This document shows, piece after piece, positions 1-12,200 of a stretch of 64,000 nt of DNA. This DNA comes from Podarcis melisellensis. Taxonomy: Eukaryota. Location of the stretch: the NCBI GenBank assembly GCA_964234715.1, contig OZ174275.1; one strand, 5' to 3'. The position numbers and the translations under genes were made by a program. The notes below the pieces were generated by a model. It ran no database searches. It saw only the letters and a program-made list of their open reading frames with translations, and was not told the DNA's origin. Every line of letters begins with the position of its first letter. Position 1 is the first letter of the stretch.

Positions 1-619
1 GATAATGAAACAAGGTTTCCAGGGTTATACAACGTTCAGACAGATGTGTTTGCATAGGGGATAAAAGCAGTGGAGTGACTAGCAATCCAAATTTAAATCT
101 GTTTTGAACATTGCTAGCTGTGCGTCAGGTCCATTATTGAAATTTGTGGTCAATAAGCTGCTATATTTCAAACATATTAAGGTGAGTTCATGTATTGATT
201 TTCAACAAAGAAAAAGCCTGTTACCTTCCTGCTTGTTTTTCATTTATATATACTTCCCTAACGTAAGAGGCAATGATCTATTATCAACTGTTCCATAATG
301 ATATACTTTATGCGTCCAGGTGACCAAATGATAGCTACAATTATTGCACTTGGCCTCTCTATTACACCCCTGTTTTGGCCTGAAAGGTCAAAGAAAAATC
401 CACTCTGGATTGCTACAAATGGTCTTTTAGTGACTTTGTCATCATTTTAAGAACTCTGCAGAGAAAAGTAAGACTACTTGGCAAGTTTTTGGAAGGAACC
501 ATTTCACATGTTATTAAGCTACCATAGCAGCTATTTTTCTCCTTCTCTAGACACCCTTGTGTGTAGTAGGACTCCGAAGCTAGTGTGGAATACTCCTAGT
601 TGAAAGATTTGTAAATGGA

Positions 620-795
620 AGAGACAGATATTGGGTTCAAACTTGTGATCACCCATGAAGCTTACTGGGAGACGTTGGGCAAAGTCCCTGTTTTTTCAGC
701 CTAACCTGCTTCACTAGCTTGCTGTGAAGATAAGATGGTGTGAATTCAATATTCTGTGCACCAGTCCAAGCTGCTTGGAGAAGTGCAGGATACCA
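620..795 (+). mobile_element. Degenerate tRNA-derived SINE
   Basis: B-box-like gggttcaaac; core tcagcctaacct...ttgctgtgaagataa is shared with 7650-7845. Confidence 0.6.
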
Positions 796-2410
796 GTGTG
801 CTCCCGCTGATGCTCTTTATACCTTGAAAGTGTTTCTTTCTGTATTGCCTGTGTCCCTCACTATCCACCCCACTTCTTCCCAGTGGGTCTCCTTATTTCT
901 AGCACCCCCACTCTTCTAGTCTCCTCCCACTTCCCATCAGCTAGTTCCTGTTTGCTGGGAAATATTAATGAGCTGGACTGCAGAGAACACAGCAGGTGTG
1001 GAACTGTCTGCTGGGTTCATTAAATCACAGGCACAGTTGATCCCTGGGATGCAGCCATATGAGGGGGGGTCCTGAGGCAAGGAGTCAAAGAGGGTCCCAT
1101 CGCACACATGGAACATTAACTTCTGGACTATTGCCTTCATAAATGTATCAAGCTTAATTCATAAGTGCCTCTCTTTGTGCTCCATGTCCACTTTAAACAG
1201 AAAGTAAATGTATCTGTACGATGATTTTTAATATGTAGGCCAACGTGTGTTTGTTTGGTTGTTTGTTTGTTTGAACCTATTGTTTCTTTGGTCGGTTTTG
1301 TTGCCAGACCCCTGGCAATGGTTGGGAGTTAGAAAACGGTTCTAGTATTAGATTTCTTTGTCTTTCCATACCAATAGTTTCCTTTACTGTAGTTGGAAGA
1401 AGGGCTTTTTAGCATGGGGGGGGGGGGGAGACAAATAACAGAGCAATCCAATTCAAGTTGTACCAGCTGATGGGGACAGAGAATCTGGAGGAAATGCTGC
1501 TACTCTGGCCAAACACCAGGTGCATGACTACCCTGGCAAACACTCCAGATGCTATGCTGGTGCATCTGCTGTGGTAGCGAACGCATGTCAGGAAAGTGGC
1601 CAAAACAAGGTGGAGTTGTGAGGTAGATGGAGGTGACCACACATTTATGCCATATTCTATACTCCTGTGGCCATGCCTCCATTGATGACACAACTTTACA
1701 CCACCTCCAGACCTGCTGTAGGAAATTTCCTCCCCACTGATTTCAGTGAAAGGGGAAGACATGTAAAATAACTGCTCTCCCATCAACACATGCTCCACAC
1801 ACATTGCCATGGCAGAGCACAGAATATGGTTGGACTCGGCACTCACTCACAGCCTACCGCCACCAATATAAACTCATACAAGAATCTCACATTGAGACTC
1901 CAGGCGTAGACACCCAACAGCTACCTCCATTCCTACACCTGGAGATGTCAGGACAAAGCACCCCACACAGGTAAGCAAGGAAAGAAGGAAAGCATGCTTG
2001 AAGTACAGTATATCTGCTGCATCTGTCTCCTGTGTATTCCCCTTCACACCCTTTTTCAGTCAAGGGCCACATTGCCTTAAGGGAAAATGGTTGGTGGCCC
2101 ACCTATTGGTAGTAGACAGGCCAAAATTTAGTGGGTGACCAAAAAAAATAGTTGGTGACAGCACTTTTCTCTCTCTTTCTGACATCTCTTTTTCTCTCTG
2201 TAGGTCCCTGTTTCTCCCCTTCACAATCCATTCATTTCTCTCACACAAAAATCCCACCTACCCACTTCTGTGGGTATGCACTCCATTCATTCACCATCCA
2301 TATATTATCTCTTCTATTATCCCTCACAAACATGCACTATCTAACCAAACACTACACCCAACTATCCACCCATACACACAGCCAATCCATATACTTGCCA
2401 TTAATTCATT

Positions 2411-2428
2411 TGTGTGTGTGTGCGTGCA

Positions 2429-2480
<52 letters not shown>
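2411..2480. repeat. Compound microsatellite (TG)n-(CA)n-(GA)n
   Basis: Directly visible. Confidence 0.95.
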
Positions 2481-2483
<3 letters not shown>

Positions 2484-2838
2484 AGGATTAGGTTTTTTTC
2501 TGTTGCTCACCTCTGCACTTTCTTGGTTCACACTCCTAGCCAAACCCATTATCCATCATTATCTCCTCCTTTTTCGTTTTGGCTGGCCTTCCCCAGCCCA
2601 CATTTCAGTCATTCATTCCCCTCTCTGCACCTTTCACCCATTGGTTTCTTCATTATTCCCCTACTTTGTTTTCTCCAGAGGGAAAGAGAGAAACTATCAA
2701 ACAGTCAGACAGGAAAGCTTCCTGTATTCTGGTTCTCACACTCTGTGGTTGACCATCCAAGCTTGCAATCTGTTAGCTTGCCAGCCTGCCTCTCTTTCTC
2801 TTTCTCTCTCTCTCTCCTCTTGTCCGAATTTGAGCATT

Positions 2839-3165
2839 CTAGATTCAGGTAGGTAGCCGTGTTGGTCTGACGCAGTTGAAATAAAAAAAATAAAAAATAA
2901 AATGTAGCACCTTATAGACCAACTAAGATTGTTCTGGTATAAGCTTTTGTGTGCATGCACACTTCTTCAGATACACTGAAACATAAGTCACCAGACCCCT
3001 ATATATAGAGGGAGGGTGGAGTGGGGTATTTCTCAAAAGGGTAGTAGGAGATGGGTGATTGGCTCAAACCATACCCATTTTGTGCATGCACACGAAAGCT
3101 TATACCAGAACAAATTTAGTTGATCTATAAGGTGCTGCTTTTAATTTTTTTATTTTAATTTCGAC
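2839..3165. mobile_element. Truncated Penelope-like retroelement (inverted pLTR arms) with hammerhead-ribozyme remnants
   Basis: An 11-bp direct repeat ATTTGAGCATT flanks it (2828-2838, 3166-3176). Inverted arms of about 85 nt (2875-2961, 3081-3165). gtagcacctta.agac.aac motif recalled from reptile Penelope ends; CTGAAGA-stem-GAAA core. Confidence 0.75.
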
Positions 3166-5249
3166 ATTTGAGCATTGCTTGGTCCACTTTTCCCCCATTT
3201 GAATTTGACTGGAGTAGTCCACTCAAGCACATATCTGAATTTGTATATGAGGAGCAACTTCTGTGTTTCTCATTCATACCAATAGGTGCTCCCTTTTGTG
3301 TTTCTCCCTGCCTTCTAATTTGTTGATTCAATGATGCTGCTTAAGTACCGACAGAGCATGTGCACAGATAGCTGCACATGCATTTTGTTTTTGAAAATCC
3401 CTGCCCCCATCAAGAAGTGCACAAAAGCACCAACATCAGGCAATTGTAAATTCTCTTTTGCACTTTTCTGGTTTTGTGCAAACATGGGGGATCCAAAGGG
3501 GAAAAATCCATTCTGAAGCACATTAGAAATAGTTACAAGCATGGCCCTAAAAGAAAGGAAACCAATTGTAAATTGTGTGGAGCAGTTTGGAGCCCGTTTC
3601 ACTCCAGATTATTGTGTTATCCCTGTTATCAGGTAACCCTGAATTTACACGGGGGATGCGCAGGGATTTGTGTTGTTGAGGGTATTATCATGCAGACTGT
3701 GCAAATTAAATGGGAAGGCAAGCAGCTGCAAACACACAGTAAACTCCAGTGTGGACAAACATTCTCTCTCTCTCTCTCCTCATGATGCTTAGATTGCTGT
3801 GGGCCAGATGAAACCACAGAAGGGCAAAATAGGAGGAGGCAAATGGATGAGAGGCCACAAGCCAGGTTGGAAGGCCTCATAAGCCCTAATCCCAACCCCT
3901 GCTATATGTGAATTCTTGGTCTTGTCTGAACTACGGTATATTGCTTTAACACTCTTTCCCTTCAACAGTGGGGAACAATGTCTCCCACTCACAGGAGGCA
4001 TTCAACCCCACAAACAGGTAAGCTCTTTGTTGGCAGAAGCCAACCATTGCCACTCTTGACTGATGAGCACCATTGACTTGCAGGATCACAGGTCACAAAG
4101 TTCCTCTGCCACCCACACAAGGGATAGATACATGCAGCTATTGCAGTCCTTTCATCCCCCATATTAAGCGGGGAAGGGAGCCTGAGCACAGGTGGCTACA
4201 GGGCACCCTCTGTCTCACTCCCTCACAAGCACATACTGTGCATCCAGGACCAGGGACTATGAGCTCCAGATGCTGACTACTGCTTGATTCTCTCTGTCTG
4301 TCTCTCTCAGATGAAGGATCCATCTCATACTCCGTTCTCTGCAGGCCATGGGGAGAAATACCCCATGACCAACGGCAGGGACTGGGATAATGGAGTTGTT
4401 AACTTACTTCCCCCAGGCAGGCTCCTGCACTGTTCCAAGCCTTTGCAAGCTCTTTGACAGACAGTTGTGCAACAGGTGAAGGTGTTTCTGGAATGGAGAC
4501 CCTGTATCTGCCACCCTGCTGTCTGTCAAGCTGCAGTCCAAGACACTGGAACCTTGTTGGGTGTCTGCTTGGCAATGTCATCTATGTACCTTTCCCTTTC
4601 AGGATCTCCATCATTCTGGATGCTAATCAATAAAGGCTGTGAGTTTGCCACATGTGGTGCATCTTATTTGAGAGGAGGCATTAGATAGGGCTCCCTTGAC
4701 CCCACGCTGCAGGATCTGGCTTCGGGAATGGACTGGGAGCCAGGGAGTTTGCTGGGTGCAGGGACAGCGGTCTGTGCACTCAGGTTCCCTGGCCTATGAG
4801 GGAGCAGACTGCTCAGGAACATGCAGAGATTATGACAGCCTTTGACTTTGCACTACATGCCCAGTGCCATCCAGAAGAACTCCAGTGCATTTGTGTGTTT
4901 CTCAGAGCTGGGTCACACATGCATGTACATCGCTTGAGAGCTGTACGCACGCTGCTTTGCGGTTCTTAATTAGGCTATATAAAAAAAGCCATCCCTCACA
5001 TCAAAGATGGGCAATGTTGTGTCATGTGCTTCCCTCTTGTGGTAGAACTAGGAAGAGCTATGCTATAGAAGCAAGGTGCAGTTGCTATAGGGAGGAGCAG
5101 GAACCTTGTGATACCTAGCTGAATGTTTGATCCCCTTAAGATGCATGTGGTGCAGGATTGTCACACATGGTGGTGTATACACAGGATTCTTGTCCGTAGG
5201 AAGTTTGTAAAATGTGATGCAACCCTAAAGGAAGATAAGGCTATTGATG

Positions 5250-5420
5250 GCTGTGTTCTACCTCCATGGACAGAGGCAGTATGCCTCTGAATGCTGGGAA
5301 TCACAAGTGGGGAGAGTGCTGTTGCCCTCAGGGCTTCCTTGCAGGCTTTCCGCAGGCATCTGGCTGCCCAGTGTGACGCTGGACCAGATTGGACTTTGGC
5401 CTGAACTAGCAGGGCTCTTA
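5250..5420. mobile_element. SINE/LINE 3'-tail fragment
   Basis: ggaccagattggactttggcctgaactagcagggctctta resembles a common reptile retroposon tail (recalled). Confidence 0.5.
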
Positions 5421-6165
5421 CAAAGGAAACATTACAAAGAGCAGTTTTGGGAGCCTTGTGCTCGGAGCGTGGCTTCCCCACCCTTGTTCTCAAGCAATCC
5501 TATATAAACCACTAAAATAATAAAACACAAATCTAAGGGTGCCTCCAGGCTCAAAATTTTGTGGGAGGCCCACACCAATACTTTAGGTTGGTGCAATTCA
5601 AGCAGATAAAAGTTCTCTTCTGCCCTAGTGCAACAAATTTGCTTCTTTTGAAAACCTGGACTTTTTCCCATTTGGGAAGTGAAGGGGAAATGCATTTTAA
5701 AGTATTGGATGACCCAGGGATTAACAGGAACACCCCCACAAGCAGATCAGGATGAATGCCTACTGTCGTATAACCAACCTGTAAAAAAATCAGAATTAAT
5801 GTTTAGTAAAGACCAGATCTACTCTAACCACCACAAATGCTGTTGCAATCAAATAAGGATGAGTGCTGAATAAACAGGTCATCTGCAATCAAAAAAGGTC
5901 ATGTGGAGCAGCCCTGAATGCTAACCTACACACGCACTCCCCAAAGACCCAGTGCCATAAAAACGCCTTAACCTATGTTATGAAGACAATCTCCCCATGG
6001 ACCTCATGGGGGTGAGCATGACATAGATGGGATGCCACAACTAAAAAGCACCACACTCAGAAGGTGCCAACCTCACCTGTAACAGGGAAGGCTCCCAGCA
6101 CAGAACATATTGAGTTAATGCTGACAAGGGGGTGGGAGGTTCAGTATAAAGGAAGTCATTTAAGG

Positions 6166-6623
6166 CAGAGGTTTTCAACCTTTTTGAGTCCATGGCTCCC
6201 TTGACCAACTACCTTCTTTCTGCAGCACCCCTGTGGGGCTCAGGAGCCCAGTTATGTCACCCTTTGCCTGCAGAGCTGGCAGCCTCTCACCCTTTTTCAA
6301 ACACCCTCCCTTGGGAGTCTTCCCTCAGCCTCCTCTCCTCTCCCCTCTCCTTGGGAATCCTCTGGGCAGCTGGTTCTGCTGCCCCTGGTCCCTGAGCTGC
6401 TCCCCCTCCCCCAAGAGAGATGCCTCCCAGAAGCCCCATTTGTCTGCAAAGCATGTAGCTAGTGCTGCTGTAATAAACAGCTGTGCAAGCCTTTGGGAGG
6501 AAGAGATGTGAGAGGGCATCAGAAGGGGAGGAAAGAGGGACAGAGGCTGGTGTTGCCAGTGGCACTCCTGACCATTATTCAAGGCACCCCAGGGTGCCAC
6601 AGCACACTGGTTGAAAACCACTG
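6166..6623. mobile_element. Non-autonomous hAT DNA transposon (MITE)
   Basis: TIRs CAGAGGTTTTCAACC / GGTTGAAAACCACTG; perfect 8-bp TSD ATTTAAGG. Confidence 0.9.
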
Positions 6624-7649
6624 ATTTAAGGTTTTATCCACACTTTCTCTTTTCCTGCTGCCTTCCCCGGGAAAAACCACTCTTTAGCACTTGGTCGGAG
6701 CAAACAGTAATTCGGTTCCCCCCCCCCCAGGTTGCCATTTGTTCCAATCTGTTTTAAAGAGCAGGATTTGTGCCTAGAAAGTGTGGGTCTAGCAGAAAAC
6801 GTCTTGGAGCCATGCTAATGAGCCCTAAGTTATCCAAGCCCCAAACTATAAAGCGCTTTGAAGTTCAACACTAGCACCTTGTATTTGGTACAGAAACAAA
6901 CTGGCAGCCAATAAAATCTTCATAGTTCAGCAATGATAGGAATATTGCAGTGCAGGATTTTTGGATTAGCTGAAGTTTCCAAATTGTCTTCAGATAAACA
7001 GGGCTGCATGGTGAGGAATCTTGCAGGTATGCATTCACTTTCATTGTCACCAAGAGATGTGCAGATTGTTGTGTTTGTAGTGTCCTCTGCAATTCCTCAG
7101 AATCCCTGATGCACTTCTCCTGAATCCAGCCTCTTTCCAAGAACTTTGACCCTTATTTTATATAGAACAAGTGACTTTTCCCTGGGCATAGCATCTTACA
7201 ATCTGCAGAATGTCATTCCTGTTAATATAATTCTTATCTCCTTGCCCTCTGTCTCCTTTTTCCACTCTATCCTTAATCTTCATATTATTCAAGTCCTTGT
7301 AGATGGTAATGTTCCAGGCTCCACTGTCAGGAGCACACAGAGTACCAGTGCTAAACAATGCACAACACAATTCAGTTTGGCTTTGTAGTGCATCCCACAT
7401 GAGGTGTTGTTCACATAACACAGTATCTATCTCAACAACTTGTGTCAAATAGCTGCAGCAGAAAGACAGGGGGGAAATGTATTTTTTCTCCTTTCTTTTA
7501 TTCTCTTTGTGCTCTGTGGACACTGGGGAGAGGGGACTATGCATTTGATCCTTCACTAATAGATTTCAAACATGACTATCACCAGGAGAGAAACTGCCAT
7601 TTATATATACAGCAGGTGATGGGGTTCTGCACTTTAAAATCTTAGCTCC

Positions 7650-7845
7650 TGTAGCCAGAAAGATGGTTACAGTAGAGCCTGGGAAACCAGGATTCAAATC
7701 CCCAATCAGCTATGGAGCTCACTGGGTGACCTTGGGCCAATCATTGTCTCTTAGCCTAACCTACCTCACAGAGAAGTTGTGGAGATAAAATGGGAAGGAG
7801 GAGGAGAACCATGTAGGCCACCTTGAGCTCCTTGGATAAAAATGT
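7650..7845 (+). mobile_element. tRNA-derived SINE, same family as 620-795
   Basis: ggattcaaatccc B-box; ctgggtgaccttgggcca...agcctaacctacctcacag core. Confidence 0.7.
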
Positions 7846-10463
7846 AATCATGCAGATTTCCATGCACTAAGCAAATTTACGCCAGGCATTACTGGGGAAG
7901 GGCAAGAGGAGGCATTGGCCCCTCCTTGTCTCCCCCCTTTTGCAATTCCATAGCCTCCAAGATAAAAACAGAGACGTTATTGTGTATTTGACACATTCAT
8001 AGTGTAACACGGTCTGAGCATAACACACCACACCACTACCTTCACACCCAGGTGTTCTGCAAGAGCCAATATTCCTTTTCCTTGAAGCAAATATGGAATA
8101 GCACACCTTCCATATTGCTCATAATGCAGAAGGCATTAAAAATGTTAGGCCATTTGCATGAAATAATTCCTTCGAATGCATACAAATGTTCTCATTTCTC
8201 CAACGTTGGCAAATGAGCTTTAAGCAAAGAGATAAACCTTTGTCGAGGCCTGTACACATGAAAGCTAGGAGGTTGGCCCAACCTGCCATGGCCAAGCCAG
8301 ACCACAACCACTGCTCCCTATTAGCTGGCAGTCAGGGTTCCTTCTCTGCCTTGGAGCTCTCAAGCTGCAGGTCTGTCTGTCTGAGTCTGAACCTGACAGC
8401 CCCGTGGAAGCCAAAGTTAATGGCCTCCTTGTTCTACTGCTGGCAGGTGAAGACTTTCTTGTTTCAACAGGCTTTGGGGAACTGTTTTTAAGGAAAGGGC
8501 TGGTGCTGTGGTGTTTTTATTGTAATGATCTGTTTGTTTTAATAGATGTATTGTGTCTATGTGTGTTACATTTTTTTAAGGACTGCCTTTTTCCTATGTT
8601 TTTAGCTGTTTCTGTTTTAGCTACAAGCTGTCTTGAGTCCCTGTCAGGGGAAAGGATGGGATTTAAATCTGATGATGATGATGGCAGGGCCAGTCATACA
8701 ATAAATGGCACCACAGGCAAGGAGCATCTTTGATGCTCCCTCCATTTCTTCCACTTCTTAATGCCTTATTTTTTTATAGCATTTATAGTCCATTTCCTGT
8801 CTTCCGTGCAATTTACATGCATGATTTATCCCTGTCACATCAGATGATAAATTTGCACACTCTGATCTGTACCATGTTAACTGTTTCTGATATTTGTTTT
8901 GCCTCTTGAGTGGATTGTTGAGTAGACTGTCCATGTAAAGTCTCTCTAAAAGTGCAGGTCATGGTTTAATAACTATTCAGCATCTCAAAAAGAGGGTGGA
9001 AGATAAGTTTAGAAAATGAGTTAAGCAGGTTTTCTGAAGGGGGTGGCTCTCTGTACCCTCCACCCCACCCTGCTGTCCCTCTAGATTGAAGCTGATGCAT
9101 CTGAGTATCTAATAAGAAAGTGGATCCAAGAGTCTTTGTTCCTTGTGATCCATGAATCTCCATTTTGATGATTAAGACTCTGGGAGAAGATCTTTTGCCT
9201 CCTGAGTAATCAGCAACCCTTCCAGGAATCTAATAGATACCCATCATTCCTACTTCCCTCTTGTCTAAAACTGAGTCCCCCTAACTTTGCCCTTGTGGCC
9301 TCATTTCTTTTCCAAGGTCCACCCATGCTCATCCACAGGAGATACAAAGATCCCAGGGTCCCAAGAACTGTTGCACTGGGCAAGAGGCAATCCATACTGT
9401 CATCCTGGCTCTGGAGGAAGTGGCTTCTGTAATGTGACAGGCAGGCTGTCAGGAAGGATTTATCAAATTGGCCCTCCCCAATCCTGCTGAAGCAAGCACG
9501 TGGATCAGAGCCAGGAGCCAGTTGAGAGATATCAGGGATGGGAGGAAGCTTAATCCTTCCTGACAGCTCCCTGGAATGCACCAAGCCCTGGGCAAGAAAT
9601 CCAAGAGAGACTATTTATTCCCTTAAAATGTGTAAAGGATTCAGCTTCCTGCTATACTATCATGACATGTTCTCTGGAGAGAAGACAAAATAATCACCTG
9701 AGGAGCCTAGAGACCTGATAGGGCAAAGTACATGGAATAACGGAACACCAACAGGAGAATAGCCCCAAAATGCCTTCAGATCTGAGCAAGATATTGTCCC
9801 ATTTGCCCTCTGGCTGAGACCATTTTGAAAGGTTAATTTGAAAAGGGCTTCTGCTTTAGGAAAGGTGTGAAATGTGCAAGCCTAAGAGGGTTTGTCACTG
9901 CTAACTATATATGCATTTTCTCCTTACTTCAGACCATGGGTATGTCCTTGAGGAAATCTACTAGAGCTAGATAATCAGGCAGCTCCTCAGCTTCTTTCCC
10001 TCTCTTCAGCCCAAAGTACACGTAGGAGGAAGAAAGGTGATAGGCACCCCTATCATGTATATTGGGGAGACTGCATGTGACATTACAAGTCTGTACTTCC
10101 CACCCCCTTCCCCATAAGTGGCAGCTAATGAAGTGGAATGTGAAGTGGAGAAATATGTGGTGGTGTTGCATCACTTTAATTGAAAAAAAAAACCATAACT
10201 TTACATCTGTGAGATATATTTTGGACTTGAGCTCCTGGCCACTTTTGCTACTGTATGCTTCATATCAATGGTTTCTTCAGTCAATACTGATGTAATGTTT
10301 GTTCATAGGCTCTGACTTTTTCGGAACCTACGGAGCTTGCAGTTTTTCTCAAGAAGCTGACTTAACTCCTCTGGAGTGCTACTATTGATTTACAGCAGCG
10401 TTGCTGTTGATAGACATTGTGAAGTTCTTTCAAACCTCTAATGGCACTGCAAAATCCTGTAGA

Positions 10464-10746
10464 TGGGAAAGCATTCCTGGAACATCTAATTCAACAGTCA
10501 GTCTGTGAGCATTTAGGAAAAGGATGCTGTGATTACTAAGACCCAGCATGGGTTTCTCAAAAATAAGTCATGCCAAACCAATCTGATTTCTTTTTTTGAT
10601 GGAATTACAAACTTGGTGGATCAGGGAAATGCTGTGGACATAGTGTATCTTGATTTCAGTAAGGCTTTTGACAAAGTCCCCCATGATATTATCATGTGGA
10701 AGCTGGTAAAATGTGGTTTGAAAGAGGTAACTGTTAGGTGGATTTG
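10464..10746 (+). mobile_element. CR1 LINE reverse-transcriptase fragment
   Basis: QHGFLKNKSCQTNLISFFD...VDIVYLDFSKAFDKVPH is the CR1 RT signature; truncated on both sides. Confidence 0.92.
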
Positions 10747-11924
10747 CTATCTTTCATTTTTCTTCCTCCCACTGAAATGGAGGGAAGCTGTTCCTCCTTG
10801 AAATACTAAAACAAAATAGTACGCCGCAGATTGCAGGCAAGTCTAATGATTCCTTATTTCCTACCGCAAGGGGCTTCTCAGGACAACCCTCTGCATTTGC
10901 CAACAGTCCCAGCCAGCAACACAAGGGGAGATTGTGTGTATTTGCCCTATCTACTCATACTCCATCGTCTCCAAACATCTAATTGATTAGGCAGCAGTCT
11001 ATCCCTTTTGAGTATTTCCCGCCATTGCTGAAGCTTGAAGAGCCTTTTTATGTAGGGAAGTTTTAACTCGGCTTGGAAATGTACTGGTGGTTGGTGCAGA
11101 ATCAGTGTCATATGCTCTCAACTTTTGCACCGATAGAAGTGTCTACACTATCTTCAGGGGCGTGCTTTTGCTTGCCTTTGGATAGTACACATTCATTCAG
11201 AAGCCTTTGAAAACAATAGTACCTGAAGATTTCTTAAAGGCTTTCAGAGATGTGAAAAGATTCAGGGCAAGCTGCCAAAAGAGGGTGAGATTTAAAATTG
11301 GAAATCATTGACCTTGTTGTGGGAGTCAACACAGACATTTAGTTTCTCAGTGTACTGTGGATTCCAATCTTCTGAAGATGTTGTAACTTTTAACATGCCC
11401 TTAGTTAAACTGAGCAAACATAAAGTATTTGAGAATCAAATCCTCTCCTCTTCCAACATCTTACTGCAGACCTTTGGATTCCAGGTCTCTTGTGCCGGAG
11501 CATCGTGAAGCCAGACTGAAGGGAAGAATTAGCTATATTTATTTTATCCTGTTTTTCAGACAAAATTGTCCCCCAAAACAGTTTACCTCAATGGGGGGGA
11601 GGTGTAAACTAATGAATACTTCTGGAACTCTCATATTGGGTCATAGTGAGTTAATAATATAGGCTGAAACCATGTTGTTAATAAGAGCTAGTCTATGTGC
11701 TACAGCATCCAGAATTGAGGACTCAGCTTGGTACAGAATTCAAATTAACCACATAGAGGTCTTCTATTGAGTAATAAATAATGTAATCCTGCCGCAAGTG
11801 ACCTTGCTATTTGGTTTTATTCTGCAAATCATTTTCTCATCTGTAAAATAGTTGCAAACCTCAATACTTGCTTCCCTAGGGATTAGTCTGGAAGTTGCTA
11901 CTGGTGCAAAATGCTGCAGCCAGG

Positions 11925-12200
11925 TTGCTAAGTGGAGGTGCACACATATTACACCTCCACTGAGAGAACTGCACTGGCTGGCAATTACCTACCAGGCCAC
12001 ATTCAAGGTTTTGTTGTTAACATATAAAGCTCTGACCAAGCTCAGGACTACCTGCCCTTGTATGGACTTGTAAGATCACTTATTGTAGATCGTCTAGGGA
12101 AATTCTACTTACGGTACCACATACTGAAAAATATCACAGGACAGTGATCCCCAAACAGGCATTTTCTGCTATTACTCCTGTATTATAGTATTCCCTCTCT
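11925..12200 (+). mobile_element. Degenerate L2-clade LINE 3' fragment
   Basis: HITPPLRELHWL...FKVLLLTYKAL; boundaries approximate. Confidence 0.75.

Noticed and set aside
941-1075. Acceptor-like ttcccatcag followed by 44 open codons and a stop
   Set aside because: Competing AGs in the tract and no similarity to known SYT7 linker exons; compatible with chance.
1921-1976. Strong donor CAG|GTAAGC at 1970/1971 with a possible 50-nt exon
   Set aside because: Weak upstream acceptor and a frameshifting length; no homology support.
2152-2856. 234-aa and 146-aa ORFs with HTHT/RERE runs
   Set aside because: Translations of microsatellite and pyrimidine-rich intron sequence.
10309-10388. Short reading frame SDFFGTYGACSFSQEADLTPLECYY* after gttcatag
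   Set aside because: Phase differs from the phase-0 SYT7 intron, and I recognise no homologue.
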